A stretch of 64,000 nucleotides of DNA from the NCBI RefSeq assembly GCF_018977255.1, contig NW_024704742.1, positions 32,180,001 through 32,244,000 on the forward strand, in the 5' to 3' direction. The number at the start of each line of letters is the position of its first letter. Within the stretch, counting starts at the first letter, position 1. Below, one piece after another: positions 38,880 through 51,591 of the stretch. Position numbers and translations under genes: made by a program. The stretch is from Callorhinchus milii. Lineage: Eukaryota. The notes beneath the pieces were generated by a model, which had not been told where the DNA came from, made no database searches, and saw only the letters and a program-made list of their open reading frames with translations.

Positions 38880-40900
38880 CCCAGTGAACCCCGTGGCGGA
38901 GCCGTTTACCCGCTCTCCAGGAGGCTCATGCACACGACCTCTCGGACTCCGGGGTTGTTGGCCTTCTCGGCGGAGCAGCGCTGCAGGTTCCAGCTGCCGA
39001 GCCTCAGCACCCGCCCCCCGGCCCTCAGGCCGCCGAACGCCTCCACGCTGGGCCGCGCCGCCACGACCTGCGCGGGGCCGCCGGGGGGCAGATCCAGGTC
39101 CAGGTCCAGGTCCTCGCTGTGCAGACTGAGGGAGGTGGGGCTCGGGTGGGGCCCGGGCCCGGGCCCGGGGCTGAAGTGGAGGCCCCCGTTGGTGTGCGCG
39201 GCGGACGGGGGTCGGGACCGCTCGGCGGCGGAGGCGGAGGCGGCGGAGGCGGCGGAGGCCCCGAGCAGCTCGTCCGGGCTCCGGCCCGGGCCGCGCCGCT
39301 GGCGGGAGCCGACGACCACGACGACGGCGTCGGCCGCCGTCCGGCTCGGGCCCCGTCGGCCGTTTGCCGTCTCCGTGGCCGTGGCGACGTCGAGCGGGGC
39401 CGCCTCGGCGTGGTCGCCCCGCGGCGGAGAGCCGGGAGAGTGCTGGGCCGAGCCGCCGCCGCCCCCTCCGCCCCCTCCTCCTCCTCCTCCTCCGCCCCGA
39501 CCGCTGACGCAGATCTCCGGCTTGATGTGCTCCAGCCTGGCGGCCCCCACCCCGCTCACCAGCGCCAGGTCCTCCACCTTCTTGAAGCCGCCGATGCGCT
39601 GCCGGTAGTCCACGATGTTGCGGGACACGGCCCGGCCCACCCCGGGCAGGGTCATCAGCTCCTCCTCCGTGGCCGCGTTGATGTTCAGCCGCTCCGGGGG
39701 CGGACCGAGACGTTGCTGAAGTTACAGGCCGCGCTGAACTTGCGGCGCCGACCGCTCTCCAGGGGGTCCCGCGGGATGGAGCGGTGGCAGCCCAGGGTGC
39801 CCCCCATCGCCGGTCCCCCCTCTCTCCCGAGCCGCCGCCGAGCCGCCGCCGCCGGGGAGCTGCCAAGGGGTCATCCGCTCCCACTCCCCCCTCTCCACCT
39901 CCACCGACGCCGAGAGTCCGACTGACCGCTCAACCGCAACCGGTGCGCTCTCGGGTCTCAGGTCCCACCCGCGCGCGTGTGTGCGTATGTGTCCTCTCTC
40001 TCGCACACACTGCTCTGAACCCCCCGGGGGGGGGGGAGGACCGGATGGTTTAAACACACCAGAGAGGGGGGAGGGGGGGGGGGACGGGACTGGGTGTCCT
40101 GTAGTGACCCCCTCAACCGCTGTGGCGGTCACAAGCGTCAGTTAACCGCAGCCCCCGGGGTTTCCGCGGACAGACCCGACCCGACAGCTTCACTCTGGAT
40201 TTTACATCCCCTTTTTTTTTCCCCCCTCTCTCACTCTCTCTCTCTCTCTACGGCAAAGTGTTAGGTCTTTGCAACGAGAGCCCTTCTCTCTCTCTCTCTC
40301 TCTGTGTGGAGGGGGTGGAGGGGGGGGGGGTGAGGGGGTGGAGGGGGGGGAGGGGGGGGGGTCCTGGTCGGGCTCTGCTGCTGAATTCAAGAGCGGTAGA
40401 TGCAGACGCGGTGCCAAACTCGTTCAGTCAAAGCACTGGGAAGCGTTCAGCAGCCGAAACGCACCACTGCACTGGCACTTCATCTGCTGAGAGGGAGGGA
40501 GGGAGGGAGGGAGAGGGAGGGGGTGGGGGGAGTGCCACCAGGACCTCCAGCTGACTGACCACCAATAACTCAGGGGCAAGTCATGTGCTGCGATCTCTCA
40601 TGACAGACAGTGATGGAGGAGGGGGGGAGTGGTGGGGGGGGTGTGTAGTCTGCGGTGTAAAGGTACAGCTCTGCACAGGGTTGGGAATCCCTCGTTCCTT
40701 TGGATTCTTCAAGTCGTTGGAAGTGAAAAGCAGCGAAACATAATACGCGTCTCCGCCGCCTCCTCCTCCTCCTCCTCTCCACCCCCTCAGCTCCTTTCTT
40801 CAGGACCTAAGCTTGCCGTGTTTTGTTTGTGCGAGCAGGCGGCTGGCGTGCACTTGCCAGGAGTTTCGCTGCTTCCCTGTAAAAACAGTCATGAGTCGGT
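38880..40900. promoter_or_regulatory. CpG island over the EEPD1 first coding exon and probable 5' UTR/promoter
   Basis: Very high GC and CpG density at about 38880-40200 against AT-rich flanks. G-tracts and (CT)n at 40225-40360; CCAAT at 40562-40566. The TSS and any non-coding first exon cannot be placed. Confidence 0.7.
38910..39807 (-). CDS. EEPD1: EEPD1 first coding exon: N-terminal lipidation motif, HhH region and start of the EEP domain; apparent frameshift near 39691-39712
   Basis: ATG at 39807 gives MGGTLGCHRSIPRDPLESGRRRKFSAACNFSN, matching the recalled human start MGSTLGCHRSIPRDP..RKFSAACNFSN. A shifted frame continues ERLNINAATEEELMTLPGVGRAVSRNIVDYRQRIGGFKKVEDLALVSGVG...WNLQRCSAEKANNPGVREVVCMSLLES. 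Donor GG|GTAAAC at 38910/38909 (phase 2). Confidence 0.95.
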
Positions 40901-40969
40901 TAATGTTCAGCAGCTACTTAACGTGGTTTAATCACAGCTAAGCACAGGGATCACGGTCACGTTTACGCA

Positions 40970-41390
40970 CAGCAACTTGTATTTATACAGTGCCCTTCGC
41001 CCAGGGCACCGTCTCGGAGCGCTTAACAGTGGTGGAGCCTGACACCGAAACGGAGGAGGTGAACAGAAGCATGGTCGAGGAGGAAGGTCTTCAGTCGTGA
41101 TCGAAAAGAGGGGAAGGAGGGGGCAAAGTGGATGGATTCAGAGACAGAGAGAGAGAGTTCCAAATCCTTCGGGTGTAGTGGCTGAAAGCGTAGCTGCCAA
41201 TGGTGGAGGGGAGGGGACGAGGGACAAGCAGGAGGCCAGAGCCAGCCAAGCGGAGGCTGGTAGTGGAGTGGGGAGAGAGCAGGTCAGAAAGGGAGGGAGG
41301 TACCAGGGCATGAAGGGGTTCGCAGATGAGTGAGAGGATCTTGAAATCGATCCAATCTGTGGCAGCGAGCCAGTGAAGCCTGGTGAGAAC
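40970..41390 (-). mobile_element. Diverged L2 3' fragment
   Basis: Similar to 27804-28240. Confidence 0.75.
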
Positions 41391-41759
41391 TGTTTTGCTG
41401 GGAGCATGGAGTTTATTGTGAGTGAATATATATATAAATTATATATATATATATAAAATAGCATAAATAAGTCAGGGTTCTGGAGCAAATCTGAGTTTTT
41501 CATCACTCTAATTGTTTTTTTTTGCAAATTGCAAATTCAACTGTTGCACATACAATAACACAAAATACAGCAGCTCACAACAGTCTGCTCCTCCCTCAAT
41601 ATACCAGAAGAAGTTCACTGTTTCATTTTGCATCTCCCACATGTCAAGCATCTTGTCAGCCTGGCTTACAGCAACAACAACAACAACAAGATTCCATTTA
41701 TAGAGCGCTTTTCACGTCGGGAGGACGTCCCTATGTGAAAGGCTTAGTTGCACTCTCTC

Positions 41760-42133
41760 CTCTAAGTCAGAAAACTCTCCATTGGGCTCACAGGTTAACA
41801 CTCCAGTATAGTGTTGGACGTGCTACATTGTTGGAGGTGGTGAAATGACACACTTGCCGTACTTCAGATGCAATGTTAAACTAACGTCTGGCTGTGCAGG
41901 TGAATGTAAAAGATCCTCTGCATCTATTCAAAAAGAGAAGGGAGTTTCTCCTGGTGTCCTAGCCAAGAAGTCCACCAGATAAAATTGATCATTCATTTCA
42001 TAGATGTTTGTGGGACACCGGTGTGCACAAATTGACTGCTGCATTCACTTACAAAATACATTCAGTACAGTTTACAATTATTCCTTTGAGACATTCTCCT
42101 GATGTGAAAGGCGCTATACCAAATGCAAGGATT
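41760..42133 (+). mobile_element. Ancient Deu-domain SINE relic (AmnSINE1/SacSINE1-like)
   Basis: CAGGTGAATGTAAAAGATCC..GGGAGTTTCTCCTGGTGTCCTAGCCAA..TGTTTGTGGGAC resembles the recalled Deu domain. Similar relics lie near 31350-31640, 44810-45090, 52080-52400, 56270-56620 and 62150-62440. Confidence 0.7.
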
Positions 42134-42157
42134 TTCGCAGCATCTCCCTGAGATAAC

Positions 42158-42915
42158 TTTTTTTTTGGTCAGCTGGGTGTCTGGCACGTGTGCTAACAAA
42201 TCACCGCGCTTAAGAGGATCCAAACCAAGCTGAGATTTCCAGGCATCCCACCTACACATGGAGATTCCAGAGAGAGATTGTTGGAATGGAATGCGCACTC
42301 TCTTCCTGGAGGGACGCATCCTGCTTACCTAATTTCGGAAAGTATTAGACGCAGGTTGGACCTCAGAGTGTGCGGTGGGGTAACTGCTGGAGTCCAACCA
42401 GCTAAAACCACATAGCTTGCCATTGATATTTCTATCTAGCAAACTTTCCCACTGCTTGTCCAGCTAAGAGTCCTGTAGCTCAGTGGTTAGAGCACTCGCT
42501 TTGCAAGTGAGAGACCTGAGTTCAATTCCAGGCAGAGGGCGAAACCTTGGGCAAGTTTCCTTACTCCACACAGAGCCTAATAATAATCCCTCCAAAACCA
42601 AAAACAATAATAAATTGGTCACTTTCAATCTACGACTGTTTGTGGGACATTGCTGTGCGCAATTGGCTGCCGCGTTCGCCCACAAATATACAGTCAATTC
42701 ACTTTACAGTGTGTTCTGTGAAGCGCTTTGGGACGTCCTCCCGACATGAAAAGCGCTATATAAAATGCAAGGATTATTATTATTAAGATCACCGTATCCG
42801 TTAGGTCTTTGGCTTGCAGGGTTAACAGGAGCTGAGTGGGATGACTCCCTGCCCTCAGTTACTTTTCATATCCTGCCGATGAGCTAGGCTGCCTGTGCGA
42901 TCATCGGCAGAGCTA
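42158..42915 (+). repeat. Unclassified repeat, copy C, split by a young SINE
   Basis: Reverse complement of copy A; homology resumes after the SINE at 42786. Confidence 0.85.
42468..42785 (+). mobile_element. Full-length tRNA-derived SINE, short (young) subfamily
   Basis: A box TAGCTCAGTGG, B box GAGTTCAATTCC, anticodon arm with TGC, CORE-like CCTTGGGCAAGT, Deu-like segment, L2-type tail and (TTA)n. Near-identical to the copies at 53259, 54530 and 55378. Confidence 0.92.
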
Positions 42916-45900
42916 GTCGATTGGCGAATCGATTTTCTGGGGATAATAATCCATTCAAAATAAATAAAGGATCATTATTATTATGTTACCTTGGAGCCAG
43001 TTCAGCTCTAACAAGGGCCCTCCCCACCAAGAAGGATAGTCACGTTTTAATTATTAAAACAAAACTATAGAACTATGACATATCATTGACGCTCAATTTC
43101 ATAATGAAAGTAGAAGGAGAAAAAACACGTGAACCGTGGATATTGTATGTCAATTTCTCAGAACAATTAGGAAATCCTGGCACACGTGACTGACAATGCT
43201 AGAAATTAGGGCCAAATCTAACTTGTAAAAACACACAAAAACAGATAGCATTCCCCAGCGTGATGTCCTAGATTTTACAGAACTCACATAGTTTATTGTA
43301 CAACAGCATCGTTTCTTTAAGAATAATAAACTGGGAGTGGGCAGGCACTAAATATCTCCCTGCACAGTTATATAGTGCGCCTCACTATTCCATGGGTTTT
43401 ATACGTAACGTGGTTGTAGAGTGAGGTTCAATGATGTCAACTTTGGGAGTGACTGTGAGAGGACTATAACGGGCATATTTATAATTGCATGATCTCACTT
43501 TAAGGATGCCCCCCCCCCCCCCCACTGCCGTCCCAACAAGACTGTTCTAATAAGGCCGGGCTGAACTGGTGGTGACGCTTTACTGTTTAGAATGACACTT
43601 TTGGGTTACTCAGCATCAACCTCGCAGCCGTGGTTGGATGGACTGAACCGCAACAATCCAGGGTTAACGAAAAGCAGCAGCAGTCATCGGAGGAGTGACC
43701 AGTGCTGTACGGGGTGGGGGGGGGGGGGGGGAGAATTGTTAGATCTGCACCCGTCTTGTGGTGGCTGCTCAGTCATCTTGCTCAACATTTCTGCTCCAGG
43801 ATCACGATTACTCTTTGGTAATTCCATAATTGTAAGTCTGCTGAAGACACGCATTCCCCTAAAATCTCCAGTTCTCATCCGTAAACCTTAGCTCATCACT
43901 AACCAGCTCTGTCCAACATCACTCCACAAGATTCATTGTCAAGTAATGTTTCAGTGATCGCAAGGATACACATTGTTTCCTACATGATATACTTTCAGAC
44001 AGTTGGAATGTGTAGTTATCACAATTTGGCTCTTTTGCAACATCTGTTTCCATTGGGTTTTTACACAGAGATACAAGTGAACTTTTGTAACTTTTCTGAC
44101 AGTACTGCTTCTTCCTTTTCAAGACCACAGGACACCTCAGTAAGCATTCAGTCTCATTATTTGATCCCTGGTAGGACAACAGTACAACGTAAGAGCAGCC
44201 TTCATCCCAAATACAGAAGTTAATTTCGTGTTTAACGGCACCCTAACCGACATGACGCTGAAGTTTCACAACCCACACACTTCATCCTAAAGCCCTTCAT
44301 CCTCCATATAAATTTGTTTTATATCTTTGAATATGTTTTGTAGGGACTTTACGTCAGACAACATCTTGGTATAACAGTAATAAGGGGTTTCATAATCAGG
44401 AATTCAGAATCCAGTGGAGCCTTCTTGTAATATAGTTGTTGGGATAACAATAATAATAATAATATAATAATAATCCTTGCCTTTGATATAGCCTTATCAT
44501 AAAATCCGAGCACAGTGGTGGGTTAGACGCAAGCAGGAAAACGATTCAGACAGCAATCAATCTGATGACCTGGAAAGCTGTCTCCCTCCCCACCCTCCCG
44601 CATAGCTTTCCATTTGGTCCACAATTCAACATTTCTGGATAGCTTAGTCCCAGATTTGGTCTCCTTGACCCTTACACACGTTTTCCACCAGAATGCAAAG
44701 CTACCTTCAAAAAGATCCCATCAAAAATGCTAAGATGACAGTGGAATTTGTGAACCACAGAATGTGCAGGAATGAATGGTCAGGCCGTGCTGTATACTGA
44801 ACAGACAAAACTGGCTCAGTCACTTGCACTCCCACCTCTGGGTCAGGTCGTGAGTTCAATCCCCACTTGGGAACTTTTAGCCGACCGTGGCGGATGAACT
44901 TCAGGGCAGTGCACGGGAATCGGGGCAGGTGGGGGGGAGGGAGTGGGGAAGAAACTGGGGGGGAAACTGATTCATTGTCAGGGGCGTTGTACTTTAGATC
45001 AAACATTACTAATACCAAAGTCCCATTTGCTTGTTCATATGGATGTTAGAGTTCAGACTATCTGTAAAGAGAAGGGAGTTTCTTGCAATGTCAGAGTGGC
45101 AGTGCTTACCCTGATATTGCTCTACTATGACAAACAGAAAGTAATAAAGTTTACAATGTTAGTCAACGTCATAATACAGAACAATGGCCAGGCCAATCTT
45201 TTATTTCAGCAGTTGACAAACATTGCAAATATTCTTTTTCTCACCTTGATTCAATCCACTGGTGTTCACTGCATTGCCAAGAGTGCAAAGGAATTTCTTT
45301 TCTTTTTAAAAATGTTTCCCACATTCCATAGCCTTCGCTAGCAGGAAACCCTGGTCCCAGGGCTGCCAATGATGCTCTTGAATGATTCACAATTAGGAAG
45401 AAGTTATCATGCAGAGAAACACCAGGCATCTCACCAGTCCACAAACTGCACTAAAAAGCTCTCTTGATTCTACTCTGTAAATTGGGGGAAGGGGAGAGGA
45501 ATACCCTAGGAAACCTTAAACACAAGCATTCATTTAAGAACTGGTGTGGCCTTAAAAAATTACAATATTTTATCTAAACCTCAACACATCGTGATACAGT
45601 TAAAAGAACATTTTTTTCACCTATTGTGATAAACAGAGGGGCAATGAGTGCTTAAAAAAATGTGGTCACTCAATCCATGATTGTTTGTGGAACACTGCTG
45701 TGAACAATTGGCTGCTGCATTACGCCCACAAAATACACAGTCTCCAACTTACAATATATTCTGTGAAGCTCTTTGAGACGTCTCAACAACGTGATAAAGC
45801 GCTATATCCAATGCAACGATTATTATTGCAGAGAAATCTGTGGATTTCTTCCTGGATCAGTCTTTCTTGTTTCAATTTGTAAAACTCTCCTATCTTATAT

Positions 45901-47579
45901 ACTACTTAACATTGGAGCAGCATTTCTGGGGTTTGATGGGAAACTTGGATGAAGAACCAAGGCAATTTAGTGCAAGTCTTAAAAGAATAAGCAAGAGCAA
46001 GAGATGAAATGCACTGATGATTAGATTGGATTTTAAAATTTTATGTACAAAGACTGAAGTAAGCAATTGCCACATTATTGAGGAAAGAATGTTAGAGTTA
46101 GAGACAATACAAAATGATTTGATTGCAGTACAGTAATGATGCCGGGATGAGGAGGATTTTGTAGGATGGCCCACTGGAAGCATATTAGGAAAAGTTGGAA
46201 AAAGTTCTTCAGTCGTCACACACTTCAAATAAATTTAACAGAGGCCCCTCCATCTGTTCAGAAATAGCACGTTAACCTCCCCATTTTTTTTGAACATCTG
46301 ATCTTCTTAGTCCAACAAACATACTGCATTGTTTTCTGATGCATTCCCATTTCCCTCAAACATTTTCCTTTCATTTCCAACCATTCCCCTCACCAATGCT
46401 GTCTCCTGTCACTCCATCCAACAAACCATCAACATCAGAAGCTATCAACAACTCCTGTAGACTTGCTGACTTGGTGAATTCTACATGACAGTTAGCCAGG
46501 AAAATTCATTACACCAATGGGATCTTGTCCAAACAAATTCATTATGAAGCACCATACCCCTCCACATAACAGGCGAACAGCATCTGATCAGATTATTCTT
46601 TGAAACCCCATCATTTCTCCTCATTATTGGAACCTCCTCCCGACGTGAAAGGTGCTATATCATGCAATTTGTTGTTGTTATACAGTAATCAGCCATTATG
46701 GCAACTTTTGTATGCTAATGAGGACTTGCAGTCAAGATAAAAATAGGTTACTTATTTAAATTTGTGGATTATTGCTGTGCGCAAATTAGCTACCACGTTC
46801 GACTATAGATAACAGTCACTGAACTTAACAGTCACTAAATCCCGCGAAACACTTTGAGACCCTGACATGGTCAAGCACTATACTATATGCAGGGGTTATT
46901 ATTATTGCTACAAATTGATCATTCACCTCATGATTCGCCTGCTATTGGGACCTTGCTGGATCGAACGGCTGCTGCTTGACCACAGAAGCAAAACGCTGGC
47001 AAAGCACTTGGAGATATTATGAGTTGATTCAAGCTCTGTTTCTCTGGGAAGGAAGGTAACGTGGGACCTGGATAGTCGCTCATTCGAGAACTGGAGCTGT
47101 TTACTGCAGAACAATGGTTACCGCACGTGACCTCCGCATTCCAGAACAGGGTAATTGCTTTCTAACTCTTCGGACAAATGTGTTGCAGAAACTGCAAGGG
47201 GTGGGGGGGTGGGGGGTTGGTGGGGAAAGAAAGCATTTCAAGAGCCAGCTCACGTGAGCCACTTCATCGTTCATTGATGAAAGAAACTCAGTTCGAAATG
47301 CTCCTTGTTGTACCTCACCCGAGCTCGTATGAATCAACAGAGGTTACGTGCTATACGCGATGCGTGAAATGTTAAAAAGATGGCAGGGAGCATTTAAATG
47401 TGGTAGCAATCCAAAACGCACATCGAACCCAACAATTTTGATTCGTGCCCGTCACATGGGTAGCATCTCGTATCCCTTACCCCGATCAATAAGGCAAATG
47501 ATTTGCCATTAAAATCACAAGCAGCAGTTTGGCCAATGCCTTTGCTGTAAAATACTGTACCATTATTATAGCAAGATAG

Positions 47580-48610
47580 GACCAACTGGTGACTATCCTC
47601 CAGCTTGAGTCAAATCAGGGACTTCTTGGAGTTGAACTGCCTCCAAGGTAACACGTTTGGCAACAGAATATCGGAATCGAGCCAGCCCTTTATGGCGGTC
47701 TCGGTAGCCTGGTTCCTGAGCCAGGTGGTTCCGCAGTATTCGAGGGCACTGCTGATGACAGCACAACCAGCCTGGCTCATCGGCATGATTTAGAAGGGCA
47801 GGAACTTCTCCCGCTCAGATCCTGTTAACAACAAGATACAACAACAACAACAACAAGATTCCATTTATTGAGCGCCTTTCACGTCAGGAGGACGTCCCAA
47901 GGCGCTGTACAGTTGGGTCAGGACCCGAGCAGGGGGGAAATGGTCAGGGTGAGGGGAGGGAAGGGAGGGAGCGAGGAGGGGGTAGAGAGTCGAGAGGGGA
48001 GCTGAAGGCTCGGTCAAAGAGAAAGGTCTTGAGACCGGCCTTGAAGGAGGAAAGGGAGGAGGCAGCGAAGGCACTGGGGGATCGAGTTCCAGAGCCTAGG
48101 GTCTGAGAGGCTGAAGGCCCGGCCACCGATGGTAGGGCGGTTGGGGCGGGGGATGTGGAGCCAGAGGAACGGAGGGTACGGGCGGGTAGGTAGGGGGATA
48201 GTAGGTCGGAGAGGTAGGAGGGAGCAAGGTCGTGAATGCCCTTGTAGGTGAGGGTGAGGATCTTGAATTAACCCTGCAAGCCAAAGCCCAAATGGGTAGG
48301 GTGGTAGCTGGACAAGCAGTGAGAACGCTTGCCATCAATGGTAAGCTATGCAGTTTTAGCTTGTTAGCCTCCAGCAATATCCCAACACACACTCTGGGCT
48401 CCCCAAGCCTTGGCTCTCGCCAACCAGTGACGAATACTTTCTAGAATTAGATAAGCAAACTGCATCCCTCCAGGGAGAGATTGTGCACTCCATTCCAGTA
48501 AATATCTCTGGAATTTCCGTGTGTGGGTAGGACGCATGGAACTCTGTTTGGTTTGGATACTTTTAAGCACGGTGAATGGTTTCTGCATGTGTCAGACACC
48601 TGGCTTTTTA
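47580..48610 (-). repeat. Unclassified repeat, copy B, split by an L2 insertion
   Basis: Homology to copy A on both sides of the L2. Confidence 0.85.
47830..48269 (-). mobile_element. L2 3' end inserted into the unclassified repeat, with TTAAC duplicated at 47825-47829 and 48268-48272
   Basis: Close reverse-complement match to 26875-27449. Confidence 0.9.
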
Positions 48611-49892
48611 TTTACAGTACGTTTAATTGCAAATGTCTCACCACTAATCTATTGTAATTACTATTAATTTGATGTAATTAATACTTCAAATGTCTCATTG
48701 CCCAGAAATGTAACAACACATTAAAATCCACTTCCCATATAACTGTTCCTTCAGGTTAAAGATCCCATGACGCTATTCAACAGTTGGCTAATAATTCTCC
48801 AGGTTAATCAGGCTGTTTGTGGAACACTGCTGCACAACATTTACCAAACTTGCAAAAAAAAAGGCCCTACACTTTAGCACTTAGAGACATTTTGACATAT
48901 AAGGTTCGATAAAAATGTAAGTCCTGCCTTTGACTGCAAGTCCTCATTAGCATACAAAAGTTGCCATATTCGAAAAGAGAAGGAAGCTTCTCTTTCCTCC
49001 GGTATCCTGGCCAACAATCCCCCAAATAAAATTGTTCGCTCATTCCATGGCTGTTTGCGGGGGCACTGCTGTGCGCAAACTGGCTGCCGTGTTTCACCCA
49101 CAGTCACTCCACTTTAGAGCGTATCCTGTGAAGCGCTTTGAGACGTCTCAACGACATGATGAGGCACTGTGTTAAATGCAAAGCTTATCATCATTATTAC
49201 AAATAGTACATCACCCCTTAGTGGTGGTAAGGTAGCACTGCAGCACTTCAAATACAGGGCTGTGTTCGGCCTCCAAAGTTGCCGTGTATTCAGCTTTCTC
49301 TTGGGTGGTGTAAATTTTGAGTGAGTAGTCTGGAAATTTTTAAAATGTAATCCTTAGTCATCAAGTCTGTTTCAAAACATTTATTCCCAATTCAGCAGCT
49401 TATGTTGCAGAAACATCAGAAATTGAGGCGGGTGCAGCAATCAATTTTGAACACTGCAATGTCTCGCAAATAGCTATGAAGTGTTTTAATTATAAAACTA
49501 GGGGATGCAAGTGATCCATTTTAAAACAAAGTGAAAGTTTCAAGGCACAATGTTCAATTTGCCTGTGTGTAAATATATCCTTGTGAAGAACGATAAAACT
49601 TCAGAAAAGTCACTTCTAACCCTCTAAGTGCTCCGAGACGCTGTCTGGCATGAAGGGCGCTATATAAATGCAAGTTGATGTTGTTGTTATTATCCCCTTT
49701 TTAGGCATGTCCGAGCAGTTGGCCCAGGAGCAACACTGCCATTGGCCCCTCGATTCCTTCTATCAGGGAACAGCGCATAGCACAAAGTGAAGGGAAAATG
49801 AATTAATCCCTAATTGAATTGAAACCTTTAACCTACACCTACTCATAGAACCATTCCAACTCAGGTGGCTTTTCAGAGATGGACCCTGTGAC

Positions 49893-50128
49893 CATAAGAA
49901 CATCAGAATTGCTAGAAGAAAGAAGATCAGGGCCCATCCAGTTTGCCTTCCACCATCCTAGCAGTCACATGCACATGCTATGATCCAAACTATATATTGT
50001 ATGCTGAGATACTATTTCCAAAATAAATGTATCTAATTTTCTTTTGAAAGAATCAACACTTTCTGCTTCCATCGTCTCCCTCGGGAGCTTGTTCCATACA
50101 TTTACTACTCGCTCAATGAAGAACATTT
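49893..50128 (-). mobile_element. CR1 3' end, different subfamily
   Basis: FFIERVVNVWNKLPRETMEAESVDSFKRKLD, with a GTTCTTATG tail. Confidence 0.8.
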
Positions 50129-50484
50129 GACTTGTAAGTGAGAGACCTAGGTTCGATTGCCGGGCAGGGCAAAACGTGGGGCAAGTTTCCTTACTCCACA
50201 CGCTTCTGTTTACTTAGCAGTAAGTAGGAACCTTTTCCGGGGGTAATAATCCTTCGAAAAAAAAATGATAATAATATGGTCACTCAATCCACGACTGTGG
50301 GACACTGCTGTGCGCAATTGGCTGCCACGTTTCGCCCACAAATAGTCAATTCGCTTTAGAGTATATTCTGTGAAGAGCTTTAAGACTTATCGAGCACGTG
50401 ATCAGATGCTCTATATCTGCACTCTGCGTGGAGGGTGTTATTATAAGTGTAAGTTGTTGTCGTATATGCAAGGATTATTATTAT
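50129..50484 (+). mobile_element. 5'-truncated SINE abutting a CR1 3' end
   Basis: B box GGTTCGATTGCC, then SINE body and tail. Confidence 0.75.
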
Positions 50485-51591
50485 AAGTAGCATTTCAGAA
50501 GTGATCGATCTGTACTGGGCTCATCTCCCTTTTATATAATAAAATATATAATACTTTTATACAGGAGCGTCTAAACGTTTTGGGTGATGTGACTGTACTG
50601 GATATAATGTATCTGCCCTGTCCTGTGATCTTCCCCTGGACACTGCCAGCTCCCACTCACAACTTTCTGCTCCTTTCCCTAGAACTGAAGATTGATATTG
50701 AAAAGGCTTCTACCATATTGTGTCTTTTATTCTCCCACCCCGCTTTCAGATTTTAAGATTTCAATGCACTTGAAAACTAGCCTGTGAGACAAAAAAAAGG
50801 CATCATTCTCACCCTTCAAAGTGGACAGTGGAAGCTAGGCGAATGAAAAAAAAATAAGCACTTACATTTGTTCTCTTTTTAAAAACAAATGAGAGAAGTG
50901 GCCGGCGAATACCAGCGCAGTTTTAACATTTGGAAATTCTTCAAAATGTTTTTGTACAGATTTCCCCGGGCTCGGTTTGTGAGCTAGGGCAAATATCACA
51001 CCAATGAAGCTGTTCCTGATGCTAACTGAATCAGCTTTTTATTACTGAGTTGAAAAGAAGCAGAAACAGTCAATACCCAGAGTAGGGTTGGTGGGTATCG
51101 AACAGCACTCCAATGTTAAGTGTCCTTCTGCCTCTATATTTGTGACGCTCATTGTAGCTCACTATTTGGGCAGCTCTTTGTAGCAGAATTTTTTTGATCC
51201 TTACAGTTAGCTGTGTTCAATGACCCCTTTGTATGAAATGATTTAAATCCTAAACAGCTTTGCTAAGCAACTGCAGAAACGAATGAGTACATTATGCACA
51301 TTACCCTGCTGCAAGGTTCTACCCTGTGACCTATAGTATTGTGAGAGAATAGGAAATAGCCCCAATTAGGAAAGCAAAACACATTTTTGCAATAGACTGA
51401 CAGGGAGACTTCTGTAAAGCTATGCATTGAATTTTACTGGCAAAAGAGCACTTTAAACGTTTCTCACGGCAACACCAACTTTATATATTTGACATTGTGA
51501 AAGTTTTGCTTGCTCTCTGATTAGGATTGGAAAATGAGAGTCTCAGGGAACACTGCTAGGGTATAGTTGGTGGGATGTGCAGCTGGAGCAC

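Noticed and set aside
38253..39925. Long alternative-frame and antisense ORFs (543, 261 and 268 aa)
   Set aside because: Stop-poor shadows of the GC-rich EEPD1 exon and the G-rich array, with no independent protein features.
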